64,000 bases of DNA from the human T2T-CHM13v2.0 reference genome, Homo sapiens, in assembly GCF_009914755.1 (NCBI RefSeq), contig NC_060931.1; one strand, 5' to 3'. Each line of letters begins with the position of its first letter. Positions within the stretch are counted from its first letter, which is position 1. The translations under genes were made by a program, and so were the position numbers. The notes beneath the pieces were generated by a model. It was not told the origin of the DNA and did not search any database. It saw nothing but the letters and a program-made list of their open reading frames with translations. Below, in pieces: positions 1-16,609 of the stretch.

Positions 1-1228
1 CTTAATCCCTCACTCATGTTAGTGTATATACAAGCCGGCCACATAGTCATCTGGACTGTTTATTAGGAAAAGTGATATGCAATGTTCTAGTACCTGAAAA
101 AAAGATGCTTTTCTTCTTCCCTTTTTCTTAAAGGCAGCTTTATTGATGTATAAGTGACAAAAAGCATAAGTCTGATAAGTTGTGAGGTATTTTTACACTC
201 ATGAAACCACTGGCATGGTCGAATTAATGAACAGATCCAACACCCCATAATTTTCCTTATTCCCCTTTATAGTCCCTTCCTTCTCTTCCCCTGCCAGCAG
301 GCAACCATTGAAGTTTGTATTTCCTAGAATTTTATATAAATAATCATTTTGAGATTTTTCTTGCAGGTATTAATAGTTTATTCCTTTTTAAATTGCAGAA
401 TGGTATCCCATTGTATCAAGGATGTACCACAGTTGGTTTATCCATATACACCTGTTTATGGATATCTGGGTTGTTTCTAGTTTTGGTTATTACATTTCAA
501 GCTGCTGTGAGTATTCCCATACATGTGTTTGAATCAACATTCTTTAATTTGTCTTGGGGAAATATCTTGGGTGGCTAGATCATACAGTAGGTGGTGTAGT
601 AGGTTTAATTTTTAAATAACTCCCAACTGATTTCAAAAGTGGTTATGTAGTTTCATGTTCCCACCAGGAGTATGTGAGAGTTCCAGTTCCTCCAAATCCT
701 TATCAACTCTTGGTATAGCTAGTCTATTTCATTTTAGTAATTGTAATAGATGTGTAGTGGTATTTCAGTTTTAATCTGCATTTTCCTAATGAGTTAGTGA
801 CATTTATCATCTTTTCCCGGACTTATTTGCCATCCAGATATCTTCTATGTTAAAGTGTCTGTTCAAATATTTTGCCCATTTAAAAATAATTGGGTTGCTT
901 TAAATAAAGTTTTAAGTATTTTCTTTCTGGGTTTTGAGAGTTCTTTATTCTTGATGCAAGTCCTTTATGATATATGACTTGAAAATATTTTCTCAGTATC
1001 ATGTGGCTTATCTTTTCATTCTTTTAACAGTGTCCTTTGAAGAGCTGAAGTTTTAAATTTTGATGAAGACTAATTTATCAATTTGTTCTTTCTTAGATGT
1101 TGCTTTCAAAGTCAGGTCTAAAAAGTCTTTTCCTATCCCAAGGTCATAAAGACTTTTTTTCAAAATGTTTTCCTTTAGTAGTTTTATAGTTTATGGCTTT
1201 TTCATTTAGGTCTATGATACATTTTGAG

Positions 1229-1542
1229 TTTTTTTTGTTTGTTTGTTTTTTTGTTTTTTTGAGATGGAGTCTCACTCTGTTGCCCAGACTGGAGTGCAGT
1301 AGCGTGATCTTGGCTCACCGCAACCTCCGCCTCCTGGGTTCAAGTGATTCTCCTGCCTCAGACTCTCCTGAGTAGCTGGGACTACAGGCACGCACCACCA
1401 TGCCTGGCTAATTTTTGTATTTTTTGTAGAGACAGGGTTTCACCATATTGGCCAGGCTGGTCTCGAACTGCTGATCTTGTGATCCGCCCACCTTGGCCTC
1501 CCAAAGTGCTGGGATTACAGGCATGATCCACCACACCCAGCC
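1229..1542 (-). mobile_element. AluS (Sg-like)
   Basis: T-rich tail followed by a full dimeric Alu in reverse complement. Confidence 0.92.
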
Positions 1543-1921
1543 AAGGTCTTTTTTTTTATATGGAGTGTGGTATGGTTTGAAGTTTCTTCTTTTGTATATG
1601 GATACCCCTTTGTTTCAACACCATTGTGGAAAAGACTATGCTTTCCATCTTGGGCAAAAATCACGTACGTAAGTTTGGGCTTATTTGTGAACCATCTATT
1701 ATATTTCACTGATATTCCTGAACATCAATACCATGCTGTCTTGAATACTGTAGCTTTATAATTTTGAAATCAGGTAGTGTTACTCTCCAACACTGTCCTT
1801 CAAAGTTGTTTTGAGCTATTATTCTAGGTCCTTTGAATTTCCACACAGATTTTAGAGTAAGTTTTTCAATTTCTACAAAAAAGCCCACAAGAGTTTTGAT
1901 GAGGACTGCACTGACTCTATA

Positions 1922-2207
<286 letters not shown>

Positions 2208-4411
2208 TTAGGTCATCTTTACTTTCTCCTAATTTGTGGTTTGCAGCATGTGGATTTTTCTACTTTTGTCAGATTTATGAGCTACATATTTCATATATAC
2301 TCACATATAAAATAAACATTTCATATTTTTGATGCCAGAGTATGGTACTGTTTTTAGTTAAAATTTCTGATTGGTTGCTGCTAGTATATACACACAAATT
2401 TCTGTATATTGATCTTGTCTCTTGCAACCTTGCTAAACTCATTTGTTAGTTTTAGGAGCTTCTTTGAAGATTACACAGAAAAATCAAATAGATGATCGAT
2501 GACACCTGTGAATACAGTTTTACTTCTTTCCAATGTGCATGCTGCTTATTGCTTTTTCTTGCTTTACTGAATTGTTAGAACCTCTAGTACAAATGCTAAA
2601 TAGAAGCTGTAAGAGTAAACATCCTTATCTTGTTTTTGTGAGAAAAGCATTTTTCTTTCACCATTAAGGATGATGTTAGCTGGAGATTTTTCAGATACCC
2701 TTTATCAGGTTCAAGAAATTCCCTTAAATTCTGAGTTTTTTTTTTTTTTTTAAATCAGGAAAGTCCAGATGTTGAATTTTGTCAAAGCTTTGTCAAATGC
2801 CTTTTCTGTGCCTACTGAAATGATCAAATGACTTTTTCTTTTTGAGTTCATACGATAGATTGTTTTTGAATTTTAAACCAAGCTTGCATTCCTGAGATAA
2901 ACCAAACTTGGCCATTATATATTATCCTTTTAAAATACCTTGTTGGATTCAATTTGCTGAAATTTTGTATAGAACATCTGTATCTATATTCATAAGGGAT
3001 ATGGATCTGTAGTTTTGTTTTATAACATTTGTCTGATTTTGATACCAGAGTAATGGCCTCATAGAATGAGTTGGGAAGTATTCCATCCATTTCAATTTTA
3101 TGGAAGAGAATATATATAATTGGTATTATTTCTTCTGTAAATATTTGGTAAATTTTAACATGCAGGCGTTAGTGCCTGGAATTTTCTTTGTGGGAAGGTT
3201 TTAAACTGCCAATTCATAATTTCTTCAATAGATTTAGGGCCATTCATCTTATCTGTTTCTTCATGAATAAGCTTTGGTGGTTATGTCTTTCAAGGAATTG
3301 GTCCATTTGAATTGTCGAATTTATTGGCATAAAGTTGTTCAAAATATTTTCTTATACTTTTAATGTTGGTAAAATCTGTCATGATGTTACCTTTTTCTCT
3401 TTACTTCTGATCAGTAGGCTAGAGTTTATAAATTTTATTCATCTACTCAAAGAACTAGCTTTTGCTTTCATTAATTTTCCCTATTTTTCTGAAAGTTTTC
3501 TATTTCATTTGATTTCTGCTCTGATCATTATTTCCTTTTGGATTTACTGCTCTTCTTTTTTCTTCTAGTTGAAAAGTTGATGTCATTGCTTTGAGACTGT
3601 TACCTAATAAAGGTGTTTAGTGCTATAATTTTCCCCTAAGTACTACTTTTGTGACTTTAGTGACATCTATGCATTTTGATATCTTGTATTTTTATTTCAA
3701 AAAAGTTCTAATTTCCATTGTGAATTCTTCGCCAAGTGTTCAGTATACCTGTTCTAGGAATTATTTAGAGGGGTGCTGAAATCTCTATAATTTTATCAAT
3801 GTTTATGTTTCCTTGACAGTTTATCAGTTTTTGGTTTACATATTTGGAAGCTTTGTTATTAGGTGCATAGACCAAGTTTGGTTTAGGATTGTTATGTACT
3901 CTTGATGAACTGACCCTTTAATCATTATGGAATGTCATTTTTATCCCTGATCATATTCTTTGCTCTGAAATATACTTTGTCTAATTTTAATGTAGCCATG
4001 CCAGCTTTCTTTTCTCCATCTTATTGCTTTCACTCTATTTGTGTCTTAATAATTGAAGTACATTTCTTATGGGCAACATATATTTGGGTCTTGGCTTTTT
4101 TCCCCCAATCTGCCAGTCTTTGCCTTTCAATTGGGGCATTTAGGCCATTTCTATTTAATGTGTTGATTGATGTGATTAGGTTTTAAATCTATAATCTTGC
4201 TATTTATTTTCTACTTGTCTCACTTGATTGTTGTTCCCTTCCCCTCTTCCTTCATCTTTTGAATTAACTAAATTTTTTATGATTTTATTAGCCTTGTTGG
4301 CTGATTAGGTATAACTCTTTTATTTCAGCAGTTGCTTTAACTTATCAGTCTACCTTCAAGTGATATTACACCACTTAATGTATAAGAACCTCAAAGTACT
4401 AATATTATCAC

Positions 4412-4966
<555 letters not shown>

Positions 4967-5069
4967 ATATTTCTGATTCTCTCATGTCACCCTTTATGCT
5001 ACTGTCATAAATGTTCATTTTATCTATATTAAAAACCCCACTCTATATCATTATTTTTGCTTAAGTTGT

Positions 5070-5522
5070 TGTATTAGTTTGCTAGTGCTGTTGTAACAAA
5101 GTACCATGAACTGGGTGGCTTAAACAATATAAATTTTCTCATAGTTCTGGAGGCTTAGAAGTCTGAGGTCAAGATTGTGGGAAGATTTCTTCCTTTTGAG
5201 GGCTGTGAGGGAGAATCTAATCAATGCCTCTTGCCTTGCCTCTAGTGGTTTGCTGGCAATCTTTGGTGGTCTTTGGTTTATAGATGCATCTCTCCAATCT
5301 CTGTGTTCATCTTCATGTGACGTTCTCCCTGTGTGCTTGTTTCTGAGTTAAAATTTCTCCTTTTTATAAGTATACCAGAGTCTTATTGGACTAGGGGCCA
5401 CTGTAATCACCCCTGTTTAATTTGATTACCTCTGTAAAGCTCCTATCTTCAAATAAAGTCACATCTTTAGAGTTAGAACTCCAACATATCTGTTTTAGGT
5501 TGACATAATTCAACCCGAAACA
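5070..5522 (-). mobile_element. MLT1C-like solo LTR (ERVL-MaLR)
   Basis: Termini tgtattagtttgctag...ataattcaacccgaaaca; typical MLT1 body. Confidence 0.85.
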
Positions 5523-7699
5523 ATGGTAAATTATCTTTAAAGAGTTTAAACAACAAGAGAAAATCTTTTTAGCTGTATAGTTATCACTTCTAGTATTCTT
5601 CATTCCTTTGTGTAGAGCCATATTTCTAACTGGCTAAAGCACTTCCACCTTAACATTTCTTATAATACAAGCTTGCTAATATTGAATTTCAGCTTTTACA
5701 CATCTGAAGAAAATCGATTTCATCTTCATTTTTGAAAGACATTTTGGCTGGGTATAAAATTCTAGGTGACTTTTTCCTTCAGTACTTTAAGGTGTCTTTA
5801 CAATTTCTGGGAGCTTTTAAGATTTTATCACTAGTTTTAGAAGTTTGATTTGATGTTCCTTGGTGTAATTTTCTTGATGTTTCTTTTGTTTGGGGTTTGT
5901 TGGGCTTCTTTGAATTTGTGAGTTTAAAGCTTTAATTAAATTGGAAAGTTTTTGGCCATTTTTTCAAATCCCCCACCTTTTGGGGGATTCCAATTATGCT
6001 TATATTTAGTTGCTTAGATTTGTATCACTGATGCTCTTCTATTTAAAAAATTTTCTGTTTCATTTTGGATAGCTGCTATTGTTGTATCTTCAATTTCCCT
6101 TTCCTTCTGCAACATCTAATATGCATTAATCCTATCCAGTATGCATCTTCACATCACACATTATAGTATCTGTCTTTAGAAGATAGATTTGGGTATTTTA
6201 AAATATCTTCCTATTTCTACTTAGCTTTTTATACAGTTTTGATTTTTTTAAATAATAAAACTGTATTGAAGCATAACACATATAAGGAAAGAATATAAAC
6301 TGTGTAAAAGTTTAGCTTAAGTAATTTTCCCAAACTGGTATTATCTCTATTTTAATGTCCCTGTTTCTGTGTCAGTTCAGGGTTGGTCATTGTTGGCTGA
6401 TTTATCTCCTCACTGTGGGTCCTATTTTCTTGCTGCTTTGCATGGCTGTAATTTTTTTTGGATGCTAGACATGGTGAATTTTACCTTGGTGGGTTCTACA
6501 TAACTATGGATTGCTATAAATATTCCTGAACTGTGTTCTGGGATGTAGTTAAGAAACCTGGAGACAATCTGAAGTTTTTGGGTCTTACTTTTAAGATTTG
6601 TTACATGGGACTAGAGCACTAGTATTTAGTCTAAGGCAAATTATTCTCCATTATTGAGGTAAGACCCTTCTCTGTGTACTCTATTAAATGTCTGTGAATC
6701 TTGAATGCTCCAGTATGGCTGATGGGAACAGGTACAATATTAATACTTCTCTGTGTGACTGCTGGCCACTGTAATCTCTAAGCCTTTTGGACAGTACCTT
6801 ATCTAGTCTCATGTAGTTTTCTCATATACATGTGTGCTGATTTGTACTCAGCTGAGTATTCAAAGGGGACCTTTTGCAGGCCTCTGGAGTTTTCCCTCTA
6901 TGGCTTTCTTATTTTCAGTAGACCATTCTAGAAACTCTAGCTGCCTCGGTCTCCTAGGACTCTCAACTCCCTAGGACTCTTCACAACTCACAGAATCACC
7001 TGAACTCTGCTTGGGTTTCTCCCTGTGCTATATCCTGGAAACTCTCTCAAGGCAATATCCTAGAGTAATTGTAGGGCTTGTCTCATTTGTTTTCCATCTC
7101 TCAGAGATTACTGTCCTTCATTACCTGATGTGCAGTGTCAAAATTATTTCGAATATTTTGTTGCTTCAAGTGGAAGAGGATAAAGCTGGTCTATCTTATC
7201 CCATCTTGGCTGGAAGAGTAAGTCCCTTTACTCTGTTTTAAAATTAGTTATAGGATTCTGAACTGTGAAACTCTGATTCTACTACTTAAGTTATGTATAG
7301 CCGTCTTTTGTCTTCCCTGGTGACTATACAATTCAGTGTTTATAAACCTATCCATAAATAGATTTAATATTAAGCTTAAGGATCAGATCAAATGGTCATG
7401 GTGTCTCAGCAGTCCCTGAAGAACATCTCTCATGTATATCTTGAGGAAGGAAGGGAAGATAATCCATGCATGAAGCCACTTGGGCTTTAAAACTAGTTCC
7501 TGATGGCACAGAACTTCTCTGCAGTGGTAAGCTAAGAACAGTGATTTTATAATAGAGAAAACGAAAGTAGAAATAACAGTAATGGTTTTAGGACTTGCTT
7601 GTTCCTTGATGTTATACAGATTTAATCATGCTCATCAAAATGATTCATAATCAAAGTTTCATATGAAAGTTAAATCTTCATGCAGGAATTTACCAGTAG

Positions 7700-7900
7700 T
7701 AACAACAAACATTTATTTAGCAGGCACTGTATAAGAGCTACTATGCTTGATGCTTTAAATACTTTTTTTTTTTTTTCAAGAAAACATTACAACAACCTAT
7801 GAAATGTGGTCTACTACTAACCCCATTATACAGATGAGAAAACTGAGGATCAGAGACTAGAAAATGGTGATGGAGAGGTTCAAACCTAGGCTGGAAACAT
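7700..7900 (-). mobile_element. MIR
   Basis: Core ccccattatacagatgagaaaactgagg. Confidence 0.75.
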
Positions 7901-8256
7901 GATTCTATTCTTTTATTTAAAAAAGTATTAAATATACTAGGCACTCTTCTAGGTACTGGGAATACAGCAATAGAGGGAAAAAAATCCCTAATAACTAATA
8001 TATTAATACTCTAATCCATACTTTAAAAATAACATTAAAATGCATTTTGTAACTATTTAAATGCATTTTGTAAAAATTTTTATGTCTAGAGTTCTATCAA
8101 GAGTAAAATGGTAAACATAATGAATTAATGTTATTCTGGAAAAAAGTCTTTTTCTGATATAAATAATGTGCCTACTTTAGAGTTATCTATCTTTAAAAAA
8201 TGCCTTTAACACAAACTCTTGGCATCACATGATTAAGGTAAAAGAAAGTTCAAGGT

Positions 8257-8542
<286 letters not shown>

Positions 8543-8880
8543 GTTCAAGCTGATAAGGTGATCCTGCTTCACTGAATTGAAATGATAGTGTCATAATAAC
8601 TGACCCATAGGAAATGTTCTCAAAAGAAAGGATAGTATCTATCATTTATTGAGTTCCCATAATGTACCAGGCCAAGTGTTAAGTAGTTTCATCGACTCAA
8701 GTACAAACAAGCTGGATTTAATAAAGTTCTGGCTGATGCCAAAGCCCTTGCCTCTTTCTACTATTCCATAATGGCTCTACAACACTGTATATTTCAGAAA
8801 GAGATGCATTAAAAGAAAATAATAAACCAAATATAACAAAATGCAAAACCCAAACACTACAGCTATGTGGAATTCTGTAA

Positions 8881-9196
<316 letters not shown>

Positions 9197-9361
9197 GAAG
9201 TTTCTTAATTGCAATGATTTTGCTCTAACATAGTTTTAGATTATGGCTATTTAGATGATAAAGAAAATAAAGACAATATTTGGTTAAATGCTCAATTATT
9301 CACAAAATGTATTTAGTTTTGAAATCTCTCCTCAATGGGTACACAGGAAATACATTTGCTA

Positions 9362-9586
<225 letters not shown>

Positions 9587-9621
9587 TCAAATATGAGAAT
9601 GTAAGAAATCACATAGATTAT

Positions 9622-10135
9622 CAGTTCTTTAACTTTTTGGTCTCAGGACCCTTTTACACATATAAAAATTACTGACGGCCCCAATGAGCTTTCATTTCTG
9701 TGAGTTATATCTATTAATAATGATCATATTTGAAGTTAAGATGAACAAGTCTTAAAAATATTCATTTATTAGACTTAAAAAGGATAGTAAAAAAGTACAG
9801 CCTTGTTTTATATATATTTACTTATTTAATTTTTTAAAAATTGAGACAAGGTCTTGCTGTATTGCCCAGGCTGGTCTTGAACTCCTGAGCTCAAGTGATC
9901 CTCCAGCCTCAGCTCCCAAAGTATTGGGATTAGAGGCGTGAGCCACTGAGCCTGGCTCCCCCACCCCCAACCCCCATTTTTAAAAAATATATTTTTTCAA
10001 GTCTCTAATGTCTGGCTTAATTGAAGATGAATGAATTCTAATATCTGCTTTTGCATTCAGGCTGTTGCAACATCACATGCTATGTAGTCTCTGGAAAACT
10101 CCACTCTACACTCAGAGTGAGAGTAAAAAACAAAT
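9622..10135. mobile_element. Charlie1-family hAT DNA transposon, split by an Alu monomer
   Basis: actttttggtctcaggacccttttacac...aatgtctggcttaa...ctggaaaactccact; similar to the copy at 54265. Confidence 0.75.
9829..9957 (-). mobile_element. FLAM_C / AluJ left monomer
   Basis: Single Alu arm in reverse complement. Confidence 0.85.
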
Positions 10136-10189
10136 GAGAATCTGTAACAATACGTAATACTATACACACTACTAGTCATTCTTACCCTT

Positions 10190-10395
10190 ATTGGGCTATG
10201 GTTAAGGAGTTCTCGAATCAGAAAGGCTAAGACCATAAACTGACTCTGACCCTTAACATGTAATACGGGGATAATAGTGGTATTTACCCTTAGACTTTTT
10301 CCCAGAATTAATAAGATAATACATTAATACTTGACCCTATGCCTAGTACATGGTAAGTGCTCAAAAAGTGGTACATATCATTGCTCACTATTACC
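10190..10395 (+). mobile_element. MIR
   Basis: ggggataatagt...gcctagtacatggtaagtgctcaa 3' motif. Confidence 0.6.
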
Positions 10396-11324
10396 ATGTT
10401 TTATAAAAAATTTGTATTTCTTCCACTAATGATCTTCCCTAGTAAAAGCAGAATTTGCTATATGCTAAATTCTGTAGTATAGATTCTAGTAAACTGAGTA
10501 GCAAAACATTTCTGAGAGTCTTAAAAAAATATACTTCTTATAAATTGAATTTTCTTTCTCAATGAAGTATCCTAAACCATTCAAGTTACTTCAACATTAT
10601 GGAACAATCACCAATAACTTAATCATATCATGGATTAGCTTAATAACTGATCAATTGTCAGCAATATACTAAGCCTATTTCAAATTATTTGGCTTCGCTC
10701 CTTAATTTTTTATTTGCATAAAATATACACTCAGTGAGTGACCATGTAATTACCACTCAGGTCAAGACATAATGACTGCATCCTGGAAACATGACCCTCC
10801 CTGATGACATCCCCCACACCTTTATTTTAGGTAGTCACTATCCCTATTTTAGTCACTTATCCTTATTTATTCCCTTGATTTCCTTTTATAGTCTTAAGTA
10901 CCTACGACTGAATGTCTACAGTTTAGTTTTACACTACATTTTGTAACTTGCTGCTTTCATTTGCTGTTGTTTTTGAGTTGTTTGTGCTTCTATAATTCAC
11001 TTTTACTGCTGTACAGTAGTACACTTAAGACTTTTATTAGCATGGCATTAAGTCTAAAGATCACTTAAGGAGAATTAACATCTTTACAATATTCAATCTT
11101 CAAATTCATGAACATGAATAGTTATCCATTTACTTAAAAAACTGTCAATAGTTTTGATCATTTTCTCTAAAAAGTTCCCTCACATCTTTTGTTGGAGTTA
11201 TATTCCTTGGTATTTCCTAGTTTTTGATGCTTTTATTATCTTTTTTCCCATGGATACACTTTACTTTTTTTTTTTTCAATTTCATTTTTTATTGTTGGTT
11301 ACACAGATGCAATTGACTTGGATA

Positions 11325-12045
11325 CAATAGTCCCCCCTTATCTGGTGTTTCACCTTTTGTGGTTTCAGTTACCCGCAGTTAACCATGGTCTGAAAATGCT
11401 CAACAGAAAATTCCAGAAATAAACCAATTCATGAGATTTAAATTGCGTGACATTCTGAGTAGCATGGTAAATTCTCACACCGTCAGACCCAGGACACGAA
11501 TCACATCCATTTGTCCAAAGTATCCACGCTTTTTGCATTAGTCATTAACAGGATATCTTATGATCCTGATATCTAACAATTCACATAGGCATGGCTTCAT
11601 GATCTAGGATTACTGAAAGCAGGTGATCCTCCTCCTCCTGATGTACGGTCAGAAGGTCAACAGTAGCCTAACGCTAAGTCACAATACCTATGTGATTCAC
11701 CTCACTCCATCCCATTGTATGGGCATTTTATCATCTCACATCATAAGGGTAAGTGAAGTACCATAAGACACTTTGAGATACCATACTCAAATACTTTAAA
11801 AATTATGTGAGTAAATGAAGTACAATAAGATACTTTGAGATACCATACTCACGTAATTTTTATAGCATTTTGTTATAATTGTTCTATTTTATTGTTATTC
11901 TTCTTGTGCCTAACTTATAAATTAAACTTTATCATGGGTATGTATATATAAAAACATAGTATGTATAGGATTCAGTAATGTCTGTGGTTTTAGGCCTCCA
12001 TGGGGGTGTCAGCATGTACTCTCTGTGAAGAAGGGGTGGCTACTA
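11325..12045 (+). mobile_element. MER44 (Tigger7-derived) DNA transposon
   Basis: Degenerate TIRs caatagtccccccttat / gaaggggtggctacta; TA on the left flank. Confidence 0.8.
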
Positions 12046-12367
12046 TGCATTATTTTTTTTAGATCCAGCAGCTTTACTAAATTTATCTCGATTGTTTATC
12101 TGTATATTATTTTGTGTACTCCAGGTACATAAGTTCCTAATCTGTGAAAAATGACATTTGTGTTTCATCCTCTCCTATCACCCACCTACCCATCCATTTT
12201 TTACCTCCTTACCACTCTGCTGAGGACTTCCAATATGTTGGTAGATAGAAGTGGGCAAGTGGATGGACACTATTAATCTTACATCAGAAGGAACATTCCA
12301 GTGTTTCACCATTAAATGTAATAACTGGTATAGGTTTTAGATACTACCCTTAATAAAGTTGAAGTTC

Positions 12368-14337
12368 TTTTATAAACTTTTATTTTAGGTCCAGGGGTAC
12401 ATGTACAGGTTACACAGGTAAACTACGTGTCTCAGGAGTTTGGTGTACTGATTATTTTGTCACCCAGGTAATAAAGATAGTTCCCAATAGGTAGTTTTTT
12501 TTATTCTCTCCCTTCTCTGTCTCCACCCTTAAGTAATCCCCAGTGTATGTTGTTTCCCTCTTTGGGTCCATGTGTTCTCATCACTTAGCTCCCACTAACA
12601 AGTGAGAACATGAAGTATGTGGTTTTCTGTTCCTGAATTAGTTTGCTTAGGATAATGACCTCCAGCTCCATCCATGTTGCTAAAAAGGACATGATTTCAT
12701 TCTTTTTTATGGCTGCATAGTATTCTATGGTGTATATGTACCATGTTTTCTTTATCCAGTCTACTGCTGTTGGGCATTTAGGTTGATTCCATGTCTTTGC
12801 TATTGTGAACTGTGCCGTGATGAACGTATGTGTGCATGTGTCTTTATTGTAGAATGATTTATAGTCCCTTGGGTGTATACCCAATAATGGGGGATTGCTG
12901 AGTCTAGTGGTAATTTTGTTTTAAGTTCTTTGAGGAATTGCTACACTGCTTTCCACAATGGCTGAACTCATTTACATTCCCACCAGCACTGTATTAGCAT
13001 TCCCCTTTCTCTGCAACCTTGCCAGCAGCTGTTATTTTTTGACTTTTTAATAATAGCCATTCTGATGCCTGTGAGATGGTATCTCACTGTGGTTTTGATT
13101 TGCATTTCTCTAACGTTTAGTGATGTTGAGCATTTTTTCATATGCTTGTTGGACACGTTTGTCTTCTTTTGAGAAGTGTCTGTTCATGTCCTTTGCCTAC
13201 TTTTTAATGGGGTTGTTTTCTACCTGCAAATTTGTTTAAGTTCCTTATAGATGCTGGATATTGGACCTTTGTCAGATGCATGGTTATATTTTCTCCCATT
13301 CTGTAGGTTGTCTGTTTATTCTGTTGATAGTTTCTGTTGCTGTGCAGAAGCTCTTTAGTTTAAGTAGGTCCCACTTGTCAATGTTTTTGTTAAAATTACT
13401 TTTGGCATCTTTGTCATAATCTTTCCCAGGTTTTATGTCCAGAATGGTATTTCCTAGGTTATCTTCCAAGGTTTTTCTAGTTTAACATTTAAGTCTTTTT
13501 AACTGATCTTGAGTTTATTTTTGTGTATGGTGTAAGAAAGAGGTCCAGTTTCAATCTTCTGCATATGGCTAGTTATCCCAGCAAATAGCGAGTCCTGTCC
13601 CCATTGCTTTTGTCAACTTTATCGAAGATCAGATGGTTGTAGGTTTTATTTCTGGGTTCTCTATTCTGTCCATTGGTCTGTGTGTCTGTTTTGGTACCAG
13701 TACCATGCTGTTTTGTTTACTGTAGCCCTATAGTATCGTTTGAAGTTGGGTAACATGTGATGCCTCCAGCTTTGTTATTTTTGCTTAGAATTGCCTTGGT
13801 GATTTGGGCTCTTTTCTGGTTCCATATGAATTTTAAACTAGTTTTTCTTAATTCTGTGAAGAATGTCATTGGTAGTTTGATGAAAATAGCACTGGATCTG
13901 TAAATTGCTTTGACAGTATGGCCATTTCAACAATAATGATTCTTCCTATCCATGAGCATGAAATGTTTTCCATTTGTTTGTGTCATCTCTGATTCGAGCA
14001 TTGTTTTGCAATTCTTGTTGCAGAGATTTTTCACCTCCCTGATTAGCTGTATTCTAGGTATTTTATTCTTTTTGTGGCAATTGTGGATGGGGTTGTGTTC
14101 TTGATTTGGCTCTCAGCTTGAATGTTCTTGATGTATAGGAATGCTGCTGATTTTTGTACATTTATTTTGTATCCTGAAACTCTGCTGAAGTTGATCATCA
14201 GATCTGGGAGCTTTTAGCAGAGACTATGGGGTTTTCTAGATATAGAATCATGTCATCTGCAAACAGAGATAGTTGGACTTCTCTGCTTCTATTTGTTCCT
14301 TTTATTTCTCTTGCCTGGTTGCTCTGGCCAGGACTTC
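12368..14337 (-). mobile_element. 5'-truncated older L1PA (about PA13-16)
   Basis: 3'UTR plus ORF2 C-terminal remnants (12585-12884 KDTCTHTFITAQFTIAKTWNQPKCP; 12968-13156). Confidence 0.9.
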
Positions 14338-14577
14338 AGGAAATCATTTTATGCTTAGCTAGGGTGGTTTTTCCTTTTTTGACACAAATCCATGTGGAAT
14401 TTTATCAAATGCATTCTATATATTTGTGCAGATATGACTAATCTATGTGGTAGAAAAAAATTCATTAATTGTATAGTGTCAAATCAATCTTGCATTCTTT
14501 GGAAGGTCCTAATTTGGTTTCTATATATTATTCTTTTCATAATCTGAGGATTTGTTTTATATGTCTGTGTGTATATA

Positions 14578-15160
14578 CAGTAAATTCTGGCTACTTGTGG
14601 TCATTTGGTTCTATAAAGTGACCATGAATGTTGAATTAGTGAATGCTAAACAATGGCTCTTATGGAAACTACAGGATTAGGTCTCTGGTCATAACATTTT
14701 CATCAATACATACCTTGAATTTATATGTTTCTGTTTAAAAGCACTGTATTTAATACGTATTGTTGATGCATTAACATTGAACTCGTGGCCAACAGCACTA
14801 TAACTCATGCCTGAAGGAAGCTTACATAACACATGTATTTTTCTTCGTTAAGGCACAATACAGCATTCTTGTGCTCAGGAACACTAGACTTCAACACCAT
14901 ATGTGGGGGTTGTTTTAAAAGCAAAGACATCAACAAAAAGCACAAACAAAAAATGTAACACCAAATAGGCTGTGAAAAGGGTGTTTGTGTGAGAGAGCGG
15001 AAACAAGGCATAGCTCACCTTGTTGGACCTCAGTTGGGAGGTTTATGTGTAGAATGAGTCAAATTTTTTGCCACAAGTATTGATTGTAGGGTTACAAGTA
15101 AGTAAGTTTTAGTAAGTTAGGTAATTCACAGACAGGGAATTTACAAATGAGAATCGACTG
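14578..15160 (+). mobile_element. MER82 (TcMar-Tigger)
   Basis: TIRs cagtaaattct / agaatcgactg; body cattaacattgaactcgtggccaacagcactataactcatgcctgaa. Confidence 0.85.
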
Positions 15161-15339
15161 TGTGTAGGTATTTTCAGGATTTTACATCTATGTTTATAAG
15201 TGGGCAAGTTTGTTAATCATGTTGTTCAAATATTGATAGTCTTACTTTTTGAATGTTTCCTCAATCTTCCACCATTAAGAAAACAGAATAATCTCTGCAA
15301 ATTGATTTAAAGGTATTTTGTTATTTTCATATATGTTTA

Positions 15340-16609
15340 TTTTTGCAAAAAAGAAATCTAGAAAGGATAACCCAGAAACTAATAAAACCTCAGAAGATCT
15401 GGAACAAGGTGGATGCTTTAAGTATGAGATGGGATGTCTGAGTATACCGTTCATTGTAGTTTTGACTTTTGGAAGTTGTTAATGTTTTACATATTCAAAA
15501 AATAAAACCACTATAAACTAATGAATCTAGTTAAATGTCAAATAACACAGAAGGAAAACCAATAATTCAATACCATTTGAGCATACTATTCTAAAGACAA
15601 TAATCTTGATGGGTAATATTCTAAGGACAAAAAAAAAGAACTGCAAAAATATCCTGAATTTTAATGTTTGTTGTTGTGGTAGTGCTGATATAGTCATCTT
15701 GAAATTATTTTGTGTGTCTTGAAGAGCTGAGCAAATAGCAAATAAACTAAAGTTGCTGAGAGATACAAACTCAGAATGAGGGAACGGAGGGAAAAAACCC
15801 TGCAGTGATGGATTAGAATTAGAGGTTTCATAAGAAAGGATGTCAAAGCAGTGACACCACAGTAACAAAAAGCATATCTAATACTCAGAATTTGGTTTCT
15901 AAATACCGTTCTCTCACTAAAAGGAACCTGTACTACTTAGAGGAACAGCTTATGCCAGGGTTGAAGCAGAGAAAGTACATGGTTAAGCCTCGATGATCTT
16001 ATTGTACAAGAAAGTAAAGCACTGCTCAAACACTATGACAAGGTAAAAGAAACTACTTTAAAGGCATTTCCATTGGCCTAATTTGGGATGATTTCACCAT
16101 CATAAGAATGAACTTTAACACAATGATTTAAAATCTGAGACTACAGGTACTTAAATAAGAAAGGGGGAGAAAGGAAAGATGTTTTTACAAAAGAATGCCA
16201 ACCAATATATTTGAGCAAGATAGAAATTAATCACCATTTTGCAACCACTGTAATAAAAACAACTTGATTTAGGCAAGACCACTAATGGATGCTAAAGCCA
16301 CTGGTGAAAACAGAAACTTCACTTGGTGTTTATGTATATAATTCACTCCACAAATTACAGACTAAAGGTACTTGGGAGGAATCTGGCAGACATCACCTTA
16401 GTCAAAAGATCAAACATCACTGAAAATCTGAGTGATGCCCTGAGAACCCAATATCACCTATGTAGCATGCTTACCAGAAACATTAATGTAATCACAGGGA
16501 GTTTTCTGTATTAATGCAGTCCAAGAGATATTTAACTAGATACTATATGTAATCTTTGATGAATCCTGGATCAAACAACCATCAAAAATAAATCTCCCCA
16601 AAACAACTA

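Larger units (their letters stand above)
10700..15330 (-). mobile_element. Fragmented ancient L1ME-type element hosting MER44, L1PA and MER82 insertions
   Basis: Collinear degenerate L1 antisense pieces at about 10700-11320, 12050-12367, 14340-14575 and 15160-15330. Confidence 0.6.
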
